In this document: positions 11,751 through 26,180 of the stretch, piece after piece
Position numbering within the stretch: position 1 is the stretch's first letter
Layout of the letters: each line of letters starts with the position of its first letter
Source: Vicugna vicugna
Taxonomy: Eukaryota
NCBI GenBank assembly: GCA_013265495.1
Contig: MU058687.1
Span: forward strand, 868,001 to 932,000
Reading direction: 5' to 3'
DNA length: 64,000 nucleotides
The notes under the pieces: model-generated
What the model saw: only the letters and a program-made list of their open reading frames with translations
Told to the model about the DNA's origin: nothing
Databases searched by the model: none
Position numbers and translations under genes: made by a program

Positions 11751-14700
11751 TTGGCTTATTTAACCAAATAAAGGAGGTGTTGTGATTCCTACATGCACAA
11801 AGGAGGAAACTGGGGCTGGGAATAGCTACTCACTTGCCCAAGATCACACAGCTCAGTAACAGGCAGGATTCAAACATTGATCATCTCCCACCTGAGCCCA
11901 AGCTTTTAGAACTGCACTATCTTGCCTTTACCTTGCACTTGAGCCTCAGTAGCCCTCCTCACAACTGAAATGGTACCTTTCCCAGCCATCTCTGCAGCTA
12001 TCACCACCAAAACCCTCCAGTGCACATTCCCCAGCTGCTTCCCTGCCAGCTAGCCCACCACTCAAGTCCCTGGGAAAGTGGAGTTCTCAGAACTTTCTTT
12101 CCCTCTCTATGCTCCCTGATCAGTAAAAGAAGGGGAGCTGTTCTCAGCATGGCCCCTGATTCACCATATGTCACTTCCTTACCCCTGATCCCGGCTTCCT
12201 CTCTAGAGAGGCACAAAGTATTGCTAAGCCTACTAACCCATCTTTTGGGTCTGGGGAGGGAAATCATGTCTGAAAAGTCCTGCAGAGAGAGTCCCAAGGA
12301 GTTGATAAAAAGATTCCAGTGGGGGAAGTTTTGCCGGGACACAGTACCACGAGAGGGGATGGCAGTCTGTTGGACACTGAGGGCAACCTAATTGCTTTCC
12401 CATGTCTTGATGGAATAATGCTGACAGCCAGAAAGCCCCCAGAACCTGAACTAATTTGGTAAATAAGGACCAAAAACAAGGACTGCATTTCTTTTCCCTT
12501 TGCTGAGACCCAGACTCCCGACAGAATTCCAGGGATTTTTCTTCCTTGGAAGTGCCTGGACCTCCAGCCCCAAATTCCTCTCCCCAGGAGAGCTTGTTCC
12601 CCTGCTCAGAACAAATAACACATTTCCTGGTTAATCAGTGGGCGGAACAGCTGAAGGAAGGTTGATTGGGCCCTCAGCCTTCCAGATTGGAGCAGCTCAG
12701 ATGTCCTCGTCTGTCCGGACACTGGGCAGCCAGGACCCTGCACCGTGCAGCCTCCAGTTGGGAAGGTGGAGGCTGTATGAAAAGGCCCCAGCTCCCTCCT
12801 GCATGAGGCCTCCAAGGCCCACAGAGGCTGCCAACACCACTCCATCTCAGACACCGTGGCCTGGCATCCCCCCAGAACTCACAACCACCCTGCCCTGGTC
12901 TGCCAGTGCTGTCCCCTCTGAGTACACGTGAATGTTTCTGTCTTCTGTGAACTCAGTTCTCAGCTATGCTTGGCTTCTATTTTCTCATCTGAAAATAGAG
13001 ATAATGATGCTTTTCTTGCCACCCCCACCTTCAGAGCAAATTAGATAACCGGCCCTATCTAGCCTGTGATGGGAGGGGATCAGTTACTGCTACTTCATGT
13101 GTCAGCTGATACTTCTTGAGCGTTTAAAAGGTACCAGGCACTGCGCTAAGTGTTTTCCAGACATTTCATCCTTTAATCCTTGTAATAATCTTATGAAGGA
13201 AGTACTATTAGTTCATCATGTAGCAGATGGGGAAATGCAGGCTCAGAGAAGTAAAATGACTTAGCACAATCACAGAGTTAGTAAGTGACACTAAACAAAC
13301 GCCAGCTTCCAGAGCAGCATTTCTCTGGACTCGTACCTCCTACTGCGATTCTCTGGGAACCGGAAGCTGTCTGTGGTGTGGCAGAGGGTGCTGATGACCA
13401 CTTGAAATCGAGGTCACAAATTAGCCCTCACCAAGCTCACCCCACCCTATTTACAGCTGGAGTCTCTTTTGGGTCAAGGGCAGACAAAAGTCACCGTGGT
13501 GTGTTTCAATATATCTGATTCCCTCTCACCAGAGAGAAAGAAGGAATTCAAACTGACCCTGCATCAGATTGTTTTCAATTGCTGAGTAAGGCTCGTCTCA
13601 ACCCTCAGCTTTTCTCTGTGGAAAAGCGCATCCACGTGGCCCTGTGTAGTAGGCATTGTGAATCCCATTTTACAAACCCAGAGGGGTGAAGTCTCTCGTT
13701 CAAGGTCATACAGCTAGGAGTTGAGCCAGCATTCAACTAAATAGTCTGACTGGCTCCAAAGTCCGTGCTGTTTCCACTACAGCACACTGCACTCGCTCCA
13801 GGATGTCCTGCAATGATGTGAAATGGGCAGCTCTTCAAAATAACTGATTTCTCTCTGTTTCCCTTCATTTCCAGTCCCTGATACAAGGGTGGGCTGATCT
13901 GAAAGCTCTGTGCATTTCACAAAAGCTCAGACCACATTTCCTATTTACCTGCATAAATCCCTTCAGCCTCTGTCAGGAGTGGAATTTTCTAGAACTCCTG
14001 GGAGCTGAAGTATAATTTCTCCCCAAGCAAGTCTCTGAAGACCTGAGCAGGAAAACGATGTGAACAGCCTGGAAGGCCTCCTTCTTTTAATTCTGCTGAG
14101 TAAGACCACAAGGGTTCCAAGTGTTCTCCTGGGGGTGAAGGGATTATTCGGCTGAGGCGAGATCACGCACTGTATTCTCCTTTCCAAAACCTCAGGGAGA
14201 AAGCCCTGTGGGCTGAAGGGCAATGCTGACCTATCCTGGATTCTAGAATGGCTGGGCAGGAATTTGAGGACAAGGTGACCAGGAAGCAACTTCCCTTGGC
14301 TGTCATTGGGGTCTCCCAGCCTGTCCCCAATTTGGCTTCCTGCTGGGACACAGTGGCATCCCTTGCACCCCAAGGGATAGAAGTTTTGGGGGACAGAGAA
14401 CAGGGACTGTTTAGGGTCTTGCTCAGAACGAGCCCATAAGCAGCCTCTGGCTCACTCTTCATCATTGAGACAAAGAAAGAGAAGACACCTTCTGCCATCA
14501 TCTTCTGATGTCTGTTTTCCCCTGGATTCTATGTTGAGAATGGAGATACTCAATGAGGTTCTCCCTTGTTCCCCTCACACTCTCTCTAGGACCCCAAGCC
14601 CTTAGGGACAGGACCAAACCCCCAAACTCCCCAGGACAGGGTACAGACACCAGACTGGGAGGGTAGGGGGAGGTGCAGCCGGATCCCAGTGGGCCCCAGC

Positions 14701-16939
14701 CGGTCTGCATGACTCATTCCTTGTTTCCGTCCACTCTGGTCTGAATGCCTTGGCCCAGGGGCCTCTGGGAGGTTGTAACACAGGCTGGCCCCCTGCCCAT
14801 CGGGACTCAGCAGACAAAAATTAAAGATCTCACTCCTCAGGAACTCACACAGACAGCAGCGGCATGCTCTGTGCTCTGCCTCACCAGGCCAGACCTCAGG
14901 CTGAAGGAGGCTGATGGCCAAGGGAGGAAGGAAAGGCGTCTCCAGCTCCTCCCCGTCCTCTTCGCCCTCCACCTCCAGTTGTCAAGCCCTGGCCACGGCC
15001 CACTTTCTTCTCACTTATGCTCGGGTCACCGTCTGAAGATGGTGGTACCACCACCTGAAGATGGTGGTGCCATCAGCACCTCCTCAGCTCCACTCCACCC
15101 CTCCCCACTTCCAACTGAAGACAACAGTGAGGGAGAAACAGACTTGTAAACAACTAATCATATGTTTTCTGGTAGCACAGTTCTGACTAGGCTACTAACC
15201 TGTTCAAAAATCTTCAGTGGCTCCCTACTACCTCACAGATCAAGCCCAAACGTCTTAGTGGGCCCCACACACAAGCTTGTTTCATACCCTTCCCCTCCTA
15301 TATGCCGCTACTCAACACAGTCCCACTCATTCGGAATTCCCCCTGTTTTCCCCACCTACGTCCCGTCACCCAAATTCCTCAGCTCACACCGTTTTCTTCA
15401 CCTGGATTGTTCTTCCCACCCCTGCCTTCCTGTCCTTTAACTTCCATCTCAAAGCTTCTGCTTCCTCCAAGATTTCCCAGAATGCCCCCCCCACCAAGTC
15501 TGGAAAGCTTGCTCCCTCCATTGAACCCCTGAATGTCACTCTGCCCTGTATGACTAGCCCACAGCTGTCGGTCCCAGAGCAGTGGGAAGCACACAGGACT
15601 CTGGAGTTCCACTCAGCACGATCATTTACCAGCTCTGTGTCCTTGGCTAAAGTGACTTAACGTCTTTGAGACAGTTTCCTCACCAGTAAGAGGCTGTAAT
15701 AGAAGTCCTTTGTAGCACAGCACCTAAATAAAGCAACTATTTATCAACAACACTCCAGGCCACATCTGATTGGACCAGGGATGAGCACATGACCCAAGAG
15801 CAGCCCTTTCATTTGCTGGTCAGTAACCTAAGACTTCTGTGGTCTGATATGAATGTAGACGTCGTTGGTTACTAGACAAATCAGATTCTCTCCTGAAAAT
15901 GTGAACTAAGCAACTTTGCTTGGAAAGCCACACCAGTGGGATTAAAGCCGAACAGATAACTCCTCATTCCAGAGAGCTCACAGTCCAAGTGGGTACATAT
16001 AACCATAGAACAGTAAAGCCAGAGAGGTATAGTGACTTGCCTGGGGTCACACAGCTGGCCAGTAACACAGAGAGGGCTGGAGCTCAATTCTCTGGACCTG
16101 AGTTTGTTCCAGGGTGGTTGGCCTCTGACAAGCTCAAAAAGCAGTGGCCTGAGCTGACAGCCTGAAGAAGACCAATGCACCATTGTGTCTTGCGTGAATC
16201 AACCTGTTCTGGGTAGCTTTGGAAGAAGGCGGTCATTAAAGGGCAAAGTCAGATCACAGCTGGGAGCACAGCCCCTGGCTCTGGTCTCACATGTGTCCCC
16301 AGTGTCTCCTTGTTGTGTCCCTTCCCCTGCCCAGTCTTCAGTTTCCTCATGTAAAAAAAGAGAGGATTTTACTGGATGAACTCAAATTCTCCGTCAACAC
16401 TAAGATTTTGATTTGAGGAGCAGACAGACAAGGGATGGACGTGGATCCAAGAACTGCAGGATCCAAAGAGTGTGAACCCTGGAGAGGACCTCCCCAAGAG
16501 ATAAGCCAACCCATTCCTTCAATTTACAGTTGAGGAAACTGAGGTCCAAAGAGATGCTTATCCAAGGTCACATGACCAGCTCCTGGCAGCACCAGCATTG
16601 AACCAGGGTCTCCTGACTCCCAGGCCTCTCAGCTCTTTCTCCTTCTACTCCCCCAAGAAGCTGGGAGCTATTTGGCTGTCTGGGTCAGGGAAGCCAAGAG
16701 TGGCTATGCATGTCAGCAGTGAGGCCTCAGAGCCTGGGAACATCTCTGACAGGGGAGGTGCAAGTGCCAAAGCCGTTGGTGGGGAGGGACAGGGCTGGGG
16801 GCCAGGGACGGCGTATTGGAGACAAGCTGTCAGCATCTCCCCTCTTCCAGATGGCAAGAAGAAACATGGAAGGGTCCATGATGATTGAAAGGAAACAGTC
16901 CCCATTTCTGATTGAGTCACTGCTTCACAGAGGACTGGC

Positions 16940-16976
16940 CTCTCTGTCTCTCTCTGCCTCTCTGCCTCTTTCTCTG

Positions 16977-17008
<32 letters not shown>

Positions 17009-17018
17009 ACATACACAC
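16940..17018. repeat. Compound (TC)n(CA)n microsatellite
   Basis: Direct reading; imperfect. Confidence 0.85.
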
Positions 17019-19831
17019 TGTCTGCCATCTGCAGCCTCCATCTCAAGATGTGTACGATGTTCTCAGGTGGGGTCTGCAATTCCTTTTGCTGCCTGAGCTG
17101 CTTCTAAGCTCCTGCCTACCTTTTAATACTTAGCCTGTTTTGGTTGGGGTCATGAAGCCCTCCCATTCCACAATCATTTTTTGAGCACCTAGTGTATACC
17201 AGGCACTGAGTTAGGCACTGGTGGTGGGTATGTCATCCTCGCTGCCTGTGTAATGGGGATTAACAGTCTGGAGGGCTCACTGAAGAAGAACCAGTAACCA
17301 TGAAGGGTGAGGGTTTGGCTAGGGAGCATTTCTTAGAGAGCCCTGACTTTGACTTGAATCTTGAAGGTTAAGAGAGAGTTCACTGTGTAGGAGGGGGGAT
17401 GTGTCCAGGAGAAGCACTGCATAGGTAAAGGCATAGATGTAAGACAAAGCCTGGGCTATTTGGGGAGTGGGGAGGTGGGTGGAATTACAAGCCACTTACG
17501 TGGCTGGAGTTTGGATAGGACTGGGGTTAAAGAAGGAGATGAGGCTCGAGGGTTAGGTTTGGGTCAATTAAGAGTGCTTAGCTCTAGTTAGCTCCTTTTC
17601 TTAGAAGGATGGACCTGTTCCCCACCAGCTGGCCCTGGAGGGCACAGACTCTTTATCTGGAATTCTGAATTTGATGTCCTCTGGTCAATTGCAAGGAGTC
17701 ATTTGTGTGGGGAGGAAGTGACTACCCAAAGTCACTCTGAATAAACACCAATCAGCATAAAGCCGGTGAGCCTGCCATGCTTAAAAACAATCCCCAGGCC
17801 TGCTTCCAACCAGTCTGTCCCCCAACATGTCTCCTCTTTTATAGAAATCATGGTGCTGCTAATATGGCGAGTCTAGCCTGGTCCCCAGCTTTCTGATGTC
17901 ATGACCCACCAACTTGACTGTGTCCCTTCTTTGCCAACTGTTTCCCCAGATACCTCTACTGTCTGAATTTCTTACTCTCTCTGGACCTGGATTTCCCTGG
18001 AGACTCATCCCTCCAGTCAGGCTCATGTCCTCCGGTCTCACTCTTCCTCAGCCTCAGGTTCCTCTATATTTCCACAAGCTCATGTTGTTGAAACTGTGTC
18101 ATGCCTAAGTGTCATAATATACATATCCAATCTCACCCATTCTTCAGCCTCCCTCACAGCTTTGCCCCATAGATAGATAAGCCATATGTGCTTGCTGTCA
18201 AGCAGATAGCTGGGGAGTGCCCAATTCAATTTAGCCATCATTTATTGAGCATCTTTTTGTCAGGCATCAGCATTGCTAAGAAGAATAACGGGTAATTTCC
18301 TTCCTCATGGAAATTCCAGTGTAGTAGGAAAGGCAGCAACCTCTATCTATAATGTTAAGTGCTGTGACTGAGATAATCTCAGGGAGCAACGTGAATACAA
18401 GGACAGAGTACTCCAGGCTTGGAATATGGGACAATCGGTCAGAGAAGATTCTAGGGAGGATGCTATCTGAGCAGGGTCTGTAAGGCAGGGCAGGTCTCAG
18501 CACAGAGAAAGTGGAAAGGATGGTAAGGAAGAGGCACAGCAATGATTACCAGAGCCAAGTTTGTGAAAAATTAAATCACACTGGTGTCTACCCCATTTCC
18601 TTTTTCAGTGGGGTTCCTGATGAGAGAAATTTTGCCAGATTTTTGAATGACAGTTCAATGAAGCTCAAGTGATATTTAGTGTGGACAAACTGGGAAAATA
18701 TGAAGCCTACAGTAAAGCTGTCATATATATGTATAGATGTTTAAACAACCATTCTGCACACTGAAGAATGGCTGTATGTTAATGAGATCTATGGTAGCTC
18801 ATGAGACAGGGCTGGGACCTGTACAAGCTCTCCCACAATTTGGATGAAGTCAAAAGAAGAATTTTTATTAAACATTCACATAACATAGAACTGGAGGAAT
18901 AAATGATAAAACAACGATAGAAGTAAAATATATACTGTTATAGATAAGTTGAAATATAATGGAGATAAGTGAAAAAGTCTTGCATCTTGGTCCAACAAAA
19001 GCAATAGTTAAAGGATGAGGGATACTTGCTCTGATAGTAGCTCATGTGAAATGACCCTATTTTGGGGGGATGGGTAGAGACTGTTGAAAAGGAAGATCCT
19101 AGTTAAACACTGGCTTGAAATAAACCAACAATGCAAGGTCTATTGGCATCTTGGGTAGAATCTAGGGCTCAGAACAGGGAGGTTATAAGTGTATTCCAAG
19201 CTGTTAAGACACAATTGCAGTTGTGTTTGATTCTGCTGCTGTGTTTTACATGGCTTATTATAACCCCAAAACATAGGTAAAGGTGACCTGAATAAAGAAA
19301 ATACAGTCAAGGAGGAATAGTTAAGATACTGAAGAAGAGAAATCTTGTTGGAAGAGAGTCTAGCAATCTTCAACTATTGCAGGATTATTAGGTAAGAGAG
19401 GGTTCAGTTGTGCTATGTTTGTACAGTTATAACAGGTTGATTCCAGTAGCAAACAATCTCCAAACAGTAAGTTTAGTTTTGCTCACATCAAGCAGGGCTC
19501 TGATCCACATGGTTATGCAGGGCCCCGGGATCCTTCCATCGTGGGGCGCCAATGTAGAGATTCCTCCTCTTTGTTATTCAGCCAATAAATGAAGGGAGAG
19601 AAAAAAAAGTGGAGGATTGCACAGGTTTTCTAAGTGCGATGTCTGGAAGAAGCAAACATCACGCCACCCACATTCCATTGACTAGAATTCAGTTACATGG
19701 CCATATCTTACAAGGAAGGCTGGAAAATGTAATCTAACTGTGTGCCCAGGAGAAAAAGGCTATGAGTGTAGGCTCTAGAGTTGTGGACTTGGAAGAGACT
19801 GCCTCAGGAGTAAGAGTTAAGGGTTATAGTG

Positions 19832-20340
19832 TATCCACACAAAGACTTACACACAAGTAATATAGACTTAGAAGCATCATTCATAAAAACCAAAGGTTAG
19901 CTATTGTCTAAATGCCCATAGACTAGTGAGTGGACAGACAAAATCTGGTATATTCCTATAAGAAATATTTTTCAGCAATAAAAACGGGACAAGCTACCAA
20001 TACATAGATGAATGTCAACTACCACATGGATGAACTTCAGTGTGATGCTCAGTGAAAGAAGCCAGTCACAACACCATATATTGTATGATTGCATTTATAT
20101 GAAATATCCAAAACGGGGAAAGCTATAGAGATAAAAAGTCAATTCAAGGTACAGGGGTGGTTGTGGGGGAAGGGGCATTAACAGTAAATGAGCACAAGAG
20201 GTCTTATTGGGGTAGTAAAATGTTCTAAACCTGATTTATGGTGATGGTTGCACAACTTGGCAAATTTGCTAAAAAAATTGAATTGTAAACTTGAAATAGT
20301 TAATTGTATGATTACAAAATATGCCTCAATAACATTCTTT
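19832..20340 (+). mobile_element. Old L1 (L1M-type) 3' fragment
   Basis: AGTGAAAGAAGCCAGTCACAA...TGTATGATTGCATTTATATGAAAT...GGTGATGGTTGCACAAC motifs. Confidence 0.8.
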
Positions 20341-21090
20341 TTAAAGAGTTCTGGGGTATTTTAAGGTTGGGGGAAAAAGAATAATCCTGTAAGGGAAATA
20401 ATCAAGGAATAGCCAAAGTGGAAGGCGGAAGTGGCACAGAATCCAAGGAAAGAGAAAATTTAAAGAAGGAAAGCATGGCCAGCTCTAGTCACAAAGCTAC
20501 TAAGATGCCACATAACATGGAAAGTTAACAGCCTTGTCCCCATCGCAGTAGGGTTCACACTGTTGTTCCAGATCCAGAATCAGGAATAAGAAAAAACTTG
20601 GGAACACAGATTCCCATTTACAGTAATGTTACTTCTGGAGTTGTCCCACACTGAGTAATGAGCTTCCTGACAGTGGAAGTGTTCAGAGAGAGGCTGGATG
20701 GCATTGTAGAAAGGATTTATCCCCAGGAGGAAGACCACTATGGAGCATCTCAGTCTATGAAAGGCCCAGGGTTTTTGTAACCTCTCTTTGTCCAATGTCT
20801 CCTCTCCACTCTTGGCCTTGGACTCAGACATTGAGAGTTGACCTTTGGGAAGGCAGAGTGCCTCTGCCTCCTGAAACTCCAGGGACTCCACTGCTGTTGT
20901 CCAGGAGTCCTTCAGCCACCGAGAGTTCCCTCAAGCCATGAGCTAGCTCAGGGGTTAGTGCTCACACAACGGCAGGTCTCACCAAAGGCAATGCAGAGAA
21001 CTGAGTAATCCTGGGAATCCAGGGGAAGTTGGCTGAAGAGCCAGAGAGATGGCACAAGAGGACCAGTGCTCATTTTTAAATATGTGCCAA

Positions 21091-21192
21091 GCAGAGGTAA
21101 GGGGTACAGCTCAGTGGTAGAGCACGTGCTTGGCATGTGTGAGGTCCTGGGTTCAATCCCCAGTGCCTCCATAAAGGGCAAAAATAAATAAA
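21091..21192 (+). mobile_element. tRNA-derived SINE (camelid Vic-1-like)
   Basis: GGGTACAGCTCAGTGGTAGAGC (A box)...GGTTCAATCCCCAG (B box) and A-rich tail. TSD TAAATATGTGCCAA at 21077-21090 and 21193-21206. Confidence 0.9.
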
Positions 21193-24100
21193 TAAATATG
21201 TGCCAACAGGCCAATCCCACAGCTGCCTCACACTCATCCAACACCCTCCAGAGATGAGAGGAACAAGATGAAGTTCATGATAACCTTGTGGAGGGTTCTG
21301 AGTAGGGAGAAGAAGAGGAGGTGAAACACAAATACATCTGCACATCTCCTGAGGGGAAAAAGGGACCCATCACGTGAGGGGATTTGAGAAGAATTTAGCG
21401 TCACTTTCTTAATTGGGACTTTGTTGGCTGCCCTGTCTTAGTCACCCACCAGGAATGCCCACCACAGTGTAGAAATAAAACTGGCATCTAGAAGTTGGAA
21501 GTGTCTTATTTCCAAGGACTTGGAAAGCTATGTGGAGCTTCTGCACAGTCCCAGTTGCCAATGGTCATGACTGGACTGCTGGTATTGCTCCAGCATGAAC
21601 TCTGATCCACGGCAATCCTGGGGAAGGAATGCTTCTTTACAGCCCCTAGAGTGGATCTGACATGCTATGGAGCTGTCTGGTCACCAAAACAGCCACTTAT
21701 GAGGTGATTCATTCATCCAGAAAACATTTCTGGGGCATCTTCTACGTGCCAGGCTCCCTCACAGAGCCTGCAGTATGTTGATTCTGAGGTACACAGAGAA
21801 CTGCCCCAAAGTGCCAAAGAACTGGGATGGTTTTAATATTTTTTCCAGAAGACAGGGTAAGGGTTCGATGGCTTGAGGCAGTCCCAGCAGCCCTAGGAAT
21901 CATGACCTCTCACCCTAACAAAACCTGCCTGTGGGCTTTCACACTGGTTCCATGTCGGCTGAGGATAGATCTGGGTAGATCTGAGGATCCCCAAGCCAAA
22001 AGGCTTCCCCATTTCCAGACCCTGGAAAGAACGCCAGGCCAGGGAAAACCACAGAGAGGACCTGCAGGGGTTGGGGAGGGAAGGAGGGCTGCACACAGCG
22101 TGCCAAGTGCTCCAGACTGGGTGGGAAACCCAGGGCGCAAGGGCAGGAGAGCGGGCAGGGGCCCGCCCAAGCAGGAGCAGGAGCCATGAGCTCAGTGTTG
22201 GGCAGGATGTAGGTCTGGCTCCTGGCGTACCTGCGCTAATGAGCTGGAAGCAGGCGGAAACGGCCCAGCATGTGAAGGCCAACAAAGGCAAGGGCCTCCC
22301 CATGCCAGCTGGACAGGAGAGGACTGAGCGGGGTGGGCACCGGGCCCGGCCCCTCTCCACACCCTGAATTCTCAAGCTGGATGCTGGAACTTCCAGGAGA
22401 AGGGACTGGGGAGGTGAGGGCAAATCAGCTGAGGTTGAAATGAGACCTCCTGAGGGAAAAGGGATTAGAAAGATGCCAAGCAATGGTGGCAGAGGTGGAG
22501 AGAGAACCAAGGGGCTGCAGAGGCACCCTGCCAACCCTGGGGAGGGAAAAGGCCCCAGGGAGGTCATCAGCTGTAGCCGAACAGAGGCAGATCTGGACGG
22601 TCGACTGACTTAATAAGGGCGAGCAGGATGGATGAGTCCTCCCAGCCCTGCCGGAGCGGCAGAAACGGCCACAAGTATTCACAGACTGTAAACACCAAGA
22701 GGAATGGGCCTTGTCTGGGTCTGCGGAGACCTGGCGAGGCCTAGCAGGGGATGGGCAGGGCCAAGACAGAGTCCTGAGCCTGGCATCCTCTTCAGTGGAC
22801 CGTCCTGAGGCCCTGGAGGAAGGGTCGCTTTGGGAGCCCCAGGGCCAGCTCAGAAAGCCCCACTAGAGCCAGGAGCTAGAAATAGCCCAAGGGAGGTCAC
22901 TCCCACGGGGTCCAGGATCTGGAAATTTGATGCTGGCATGTCTGTCTGGACCCCGGGCATGGCACTAGAACTGTAGGGGAGCCAGCTTTGCCTCTCAACA
23001 CAAGGGTGGGGCCGGGGCAGTTGCACAAATACTTAGGGAGTTCCCACATTAGTGCAGGGTCCTAGAACCCCCTCAATGGCTTCCATAGGGACCTCACTCC
23101 TAGTCCACCTCTGGTGTGAAAACCCCTACCAGTGGCAGAGCCTGTGGGTCCAGTCTGACTTTCTGTGCACTCCTCATTCAGTATTGGCTTCAGCATAGAA
23201 TCCAGGCTGTGACAAGTCATCTCTTGCCTTGGGGCCTCAGTGTATCCACCTGCAACATGGGGAGACTGAGCTTGCTCTGTACTGTGTAATTTTCATTGGT
23301 CACAGCCTTTTGCTCAGCCAGTGGTTGCCATGGGAACAGCCCAGGTCAAAGGTGAACCTGGCAGTCAGGGGTGTCACTAGCTAGCCAGTGGCTAAGGAGG
23401 GCTTTGTCATTTTGTCTGCCCAGCATACCTCCTCTTTATTATTTTGGTTTCAGCATCTCTTTTCCTTTAGGTAACTGTCCTTCCATTTTCTAGATTATTC
23501 TGATGGGACAGCCAATTACAATAGCTGCCACAAGGCACGTGACCCAAACTGGCCAATCAGATTCTCTCCCATGATTTGACCCAGAGACACAGTTATAACG
23601 AGTATCCAATGGTGATGGCTCCCAAAACAAACATACTCCAAGGAGTTTCTGGGCCTGAGAGCCCCACCACTGTCTCGATTCCTGAACATCTTGATACCTA
23701 CCTGTTTCATTTCTTATTTCTATTCTGGTTGCTTCTAAAATCTTTCTAATAACCTCATTCTCTTTTTACGTACATATTAGTCAGAGTCCTTATTGTTGCT
23801 TGCAACCAAAGAATCCTAATTTGTGTAGAAACCTAGATAGAGGTGGTTGGATTAGATGGTGGGTCCCTCCTCTCTGTAGTCCTCTCTCCTTTGTGTTCCC
23901 AGGGCATTTGGCTCAGCTCTCCAAGAGCACTGGGCTCACGGAGGAGACGTGGTGGGGTCGAGTCTGTTTGTGCAACAAGACTGCCAACATCAACAACTAA
24001 GTACATCTGTATCCCATGTACAAATGGCTGAGGGTCTTGCACACGGTAGGTACTCAGTTGCATTGACTCAAGATCCTACAGCTTGAAGCAGGTAATTCCA

Positions 24101-25802
24101 GTGGGGACAAGACTTAATGAGTATCAGGGGACAATATGTAGAGGGCAGATATAAACAGCTACTGAACAGACCAATGCTGGGAGAAAGCAGTTCCCACCGC
24201 ATGCAAGTGATGAGTGCTGGGCAGAAGTGCTCAGGGCCCATTGCAGGGCATTTAGGGGAAGGCCCACTCTGTTCCCAAAATATCATGAATACCTCTCATT
24301 CCTGAAACAAGAGACAAAGGCATTCAGTTAACACTTAGACATAGGACTGGAAATATATCTACCCCTAGAAGAACAAGATGTTTTCAGTCGCTCTGAAGGA
24401 TAATGTAGACTCTGCCCTAAGAGCAGACCTGGATAGGAGAAAAGGGAGCATAAAAGTTTTCAGGGAGTGGAATGTGAAAACGGGTCTGCAGGTAGATCGA
24501 GAGGAAGGGCAGGGGCTGGAAAAGCAGGTGGATACAAGCATCTGAGCTGCACATTAGCTATGGCTGCAAGTTCTAGAAGCTGACTCTAGTAAATTAAATG
24601 GGGAAAAAAATTTTTTGGAAATATACAGGGTTCTGAAGGAGGTGTTCAATAGCCAGGCCGGGGAAGCCAGGGATCAGGGCAGCTATGGGAGCCTGGGTGG
24701 CAGGAACCCATGGTCTAATTCGCTTTGAATGATTCTAAGTCAACTGCCTTCCGTGGTCAGCAGTGACTCCACCCCAGGTTCAAATTCCCTAGGAGAGAGT
24801 TTGATGGACGTACCTAGGGTCTGGTGCCCACCCTTTGGAAGTGGAGGAGTGGGAGGGTCCCCATGGCTGCTCCACCAGAAATGCCTGGAATTGGCCAAGT
24901 GGAGTTCCCCAAAGGAAAATTGAGTTTCTGTTATCCGAGCAAGGGGAAGGAGTGCTGGGCATATGCATACAACAGATGTTCACTACACATGGCATGTCGA
25001 TTTACAGAGGAGGGAGATGACTGGGATGGGGTATGGGAAATTGCAAGACAATCCAGAATCTGCCATGAGGGCCAAGGCTCTTGTTCCAGCCCTGGATTCC
25101 ATCTCCCTCTCCACCTATAAAAGAAAGCTCAGAGAAAGAACACTGTTTTTCTGTTCTTGACAGCTCGATAGAATTGTCTCCTTAGCTTCCAGTCACGCTC
25201 AGCTCCTGCTAGAGTAATTACCACCCACCTGTTCTCCATGCAAGAATTCACAGCCAGTGGACACACATCTGGCCTGCAAAAGACATGCTTGGAAGTCTCC
25301 CAGACTGCTTGGAACAGGCTGGGGACAGCACAGGGTCAGCCACCGATTCAAAGGCAAGGAAACAGCTGGCTTTGCTGTTTAGTCATTATGTGGAGCTGTG
25401 GCCATTGTGACTGGAGCGGCTGCCCACTACCCACTTCCTCCATCAGGCAGCTTGATGGACATGGGACAGGTATGCCCTGGGACAAGCAAAACTCCTGGGA
25501 GTCAGCACTGGCTTCTCCAGTGTTGAGTGGGGAAGGGGCTATTGCTCTGCCTCTCTCGGGACTCCTTTATTTTTCTTCCAGTTACTGTTCATGTCACTCC
25601 TTTCTGAGCACCCTGAAAGTTAAGAAAAGGCCAGGTAAGGTTTTAATAGGGAGGATCCACTAAATATTTTGGTGGTGAAAGTAACTTCATTCGAGTTTTA
25701 AAGATGTAAATGCAAAACTGGACAATGCCTAAGAGAGCCTGTAGGCCAGTGCTTCTCCAGCTTCTAAAAAAAAATTAGCAAAAACCTTTGTGCAATATTG
25801 CA

Positions 25803-26180
25803 GCATTCAACAAATACTTATTGAATGGCTACTGTGTGCCAGGCACTGTGCTGGGGGACACAACAACAACACAGACATGATTCCTGCCCTCGTGACTTTA
25901 AAGTCCAGTGGGGGAGGCAGACATTGAACAAACAATTGGGTAAGTAGATCAATAATGAGTTACAACTGAAGTAGAGCTATGTACAAGATGTGACTTGGGA
26001 GGTGTTGGGGAAGGCATCCTCAAAGAAGTGACATTTGAGCTGAGATCTGAAGGGTGCAGAGGAAATAAGCAAAGAGCTAGAGAGAAGACGTTCCAGACAG
26101 GAGATACTACAAGAAAAATCCCAGGGGCAAGAAAGCATTTGTGTTGGAGGAAATTGTGGAAGATGGCTGTGGTAAAGCCA
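25803..26180 (-). mobile_element. L2 3' fragment
   Basis: CATTCAACAAATACTTATTGAATGGCTACTGTGTGCCAGGCACTGTGCT...GTGACATTTGAGCTGAGATCTGAAG. Confidence 0.8.

Noticed and set aside
21095..21170. tRNA-like sequences with A and B boxes (also 11640 and 38320)
   Set aside because: A-rich tails, TSDs and multiple diverged copies identify them as SINEs, not tRNA genes.
21893..22567. 224-aa minus-strand ORF as a gene
   Set aside because: L/P/S-rich composition is what the antisense of a purine-rich plus strand gives; no supporting minus-strand exon structure.
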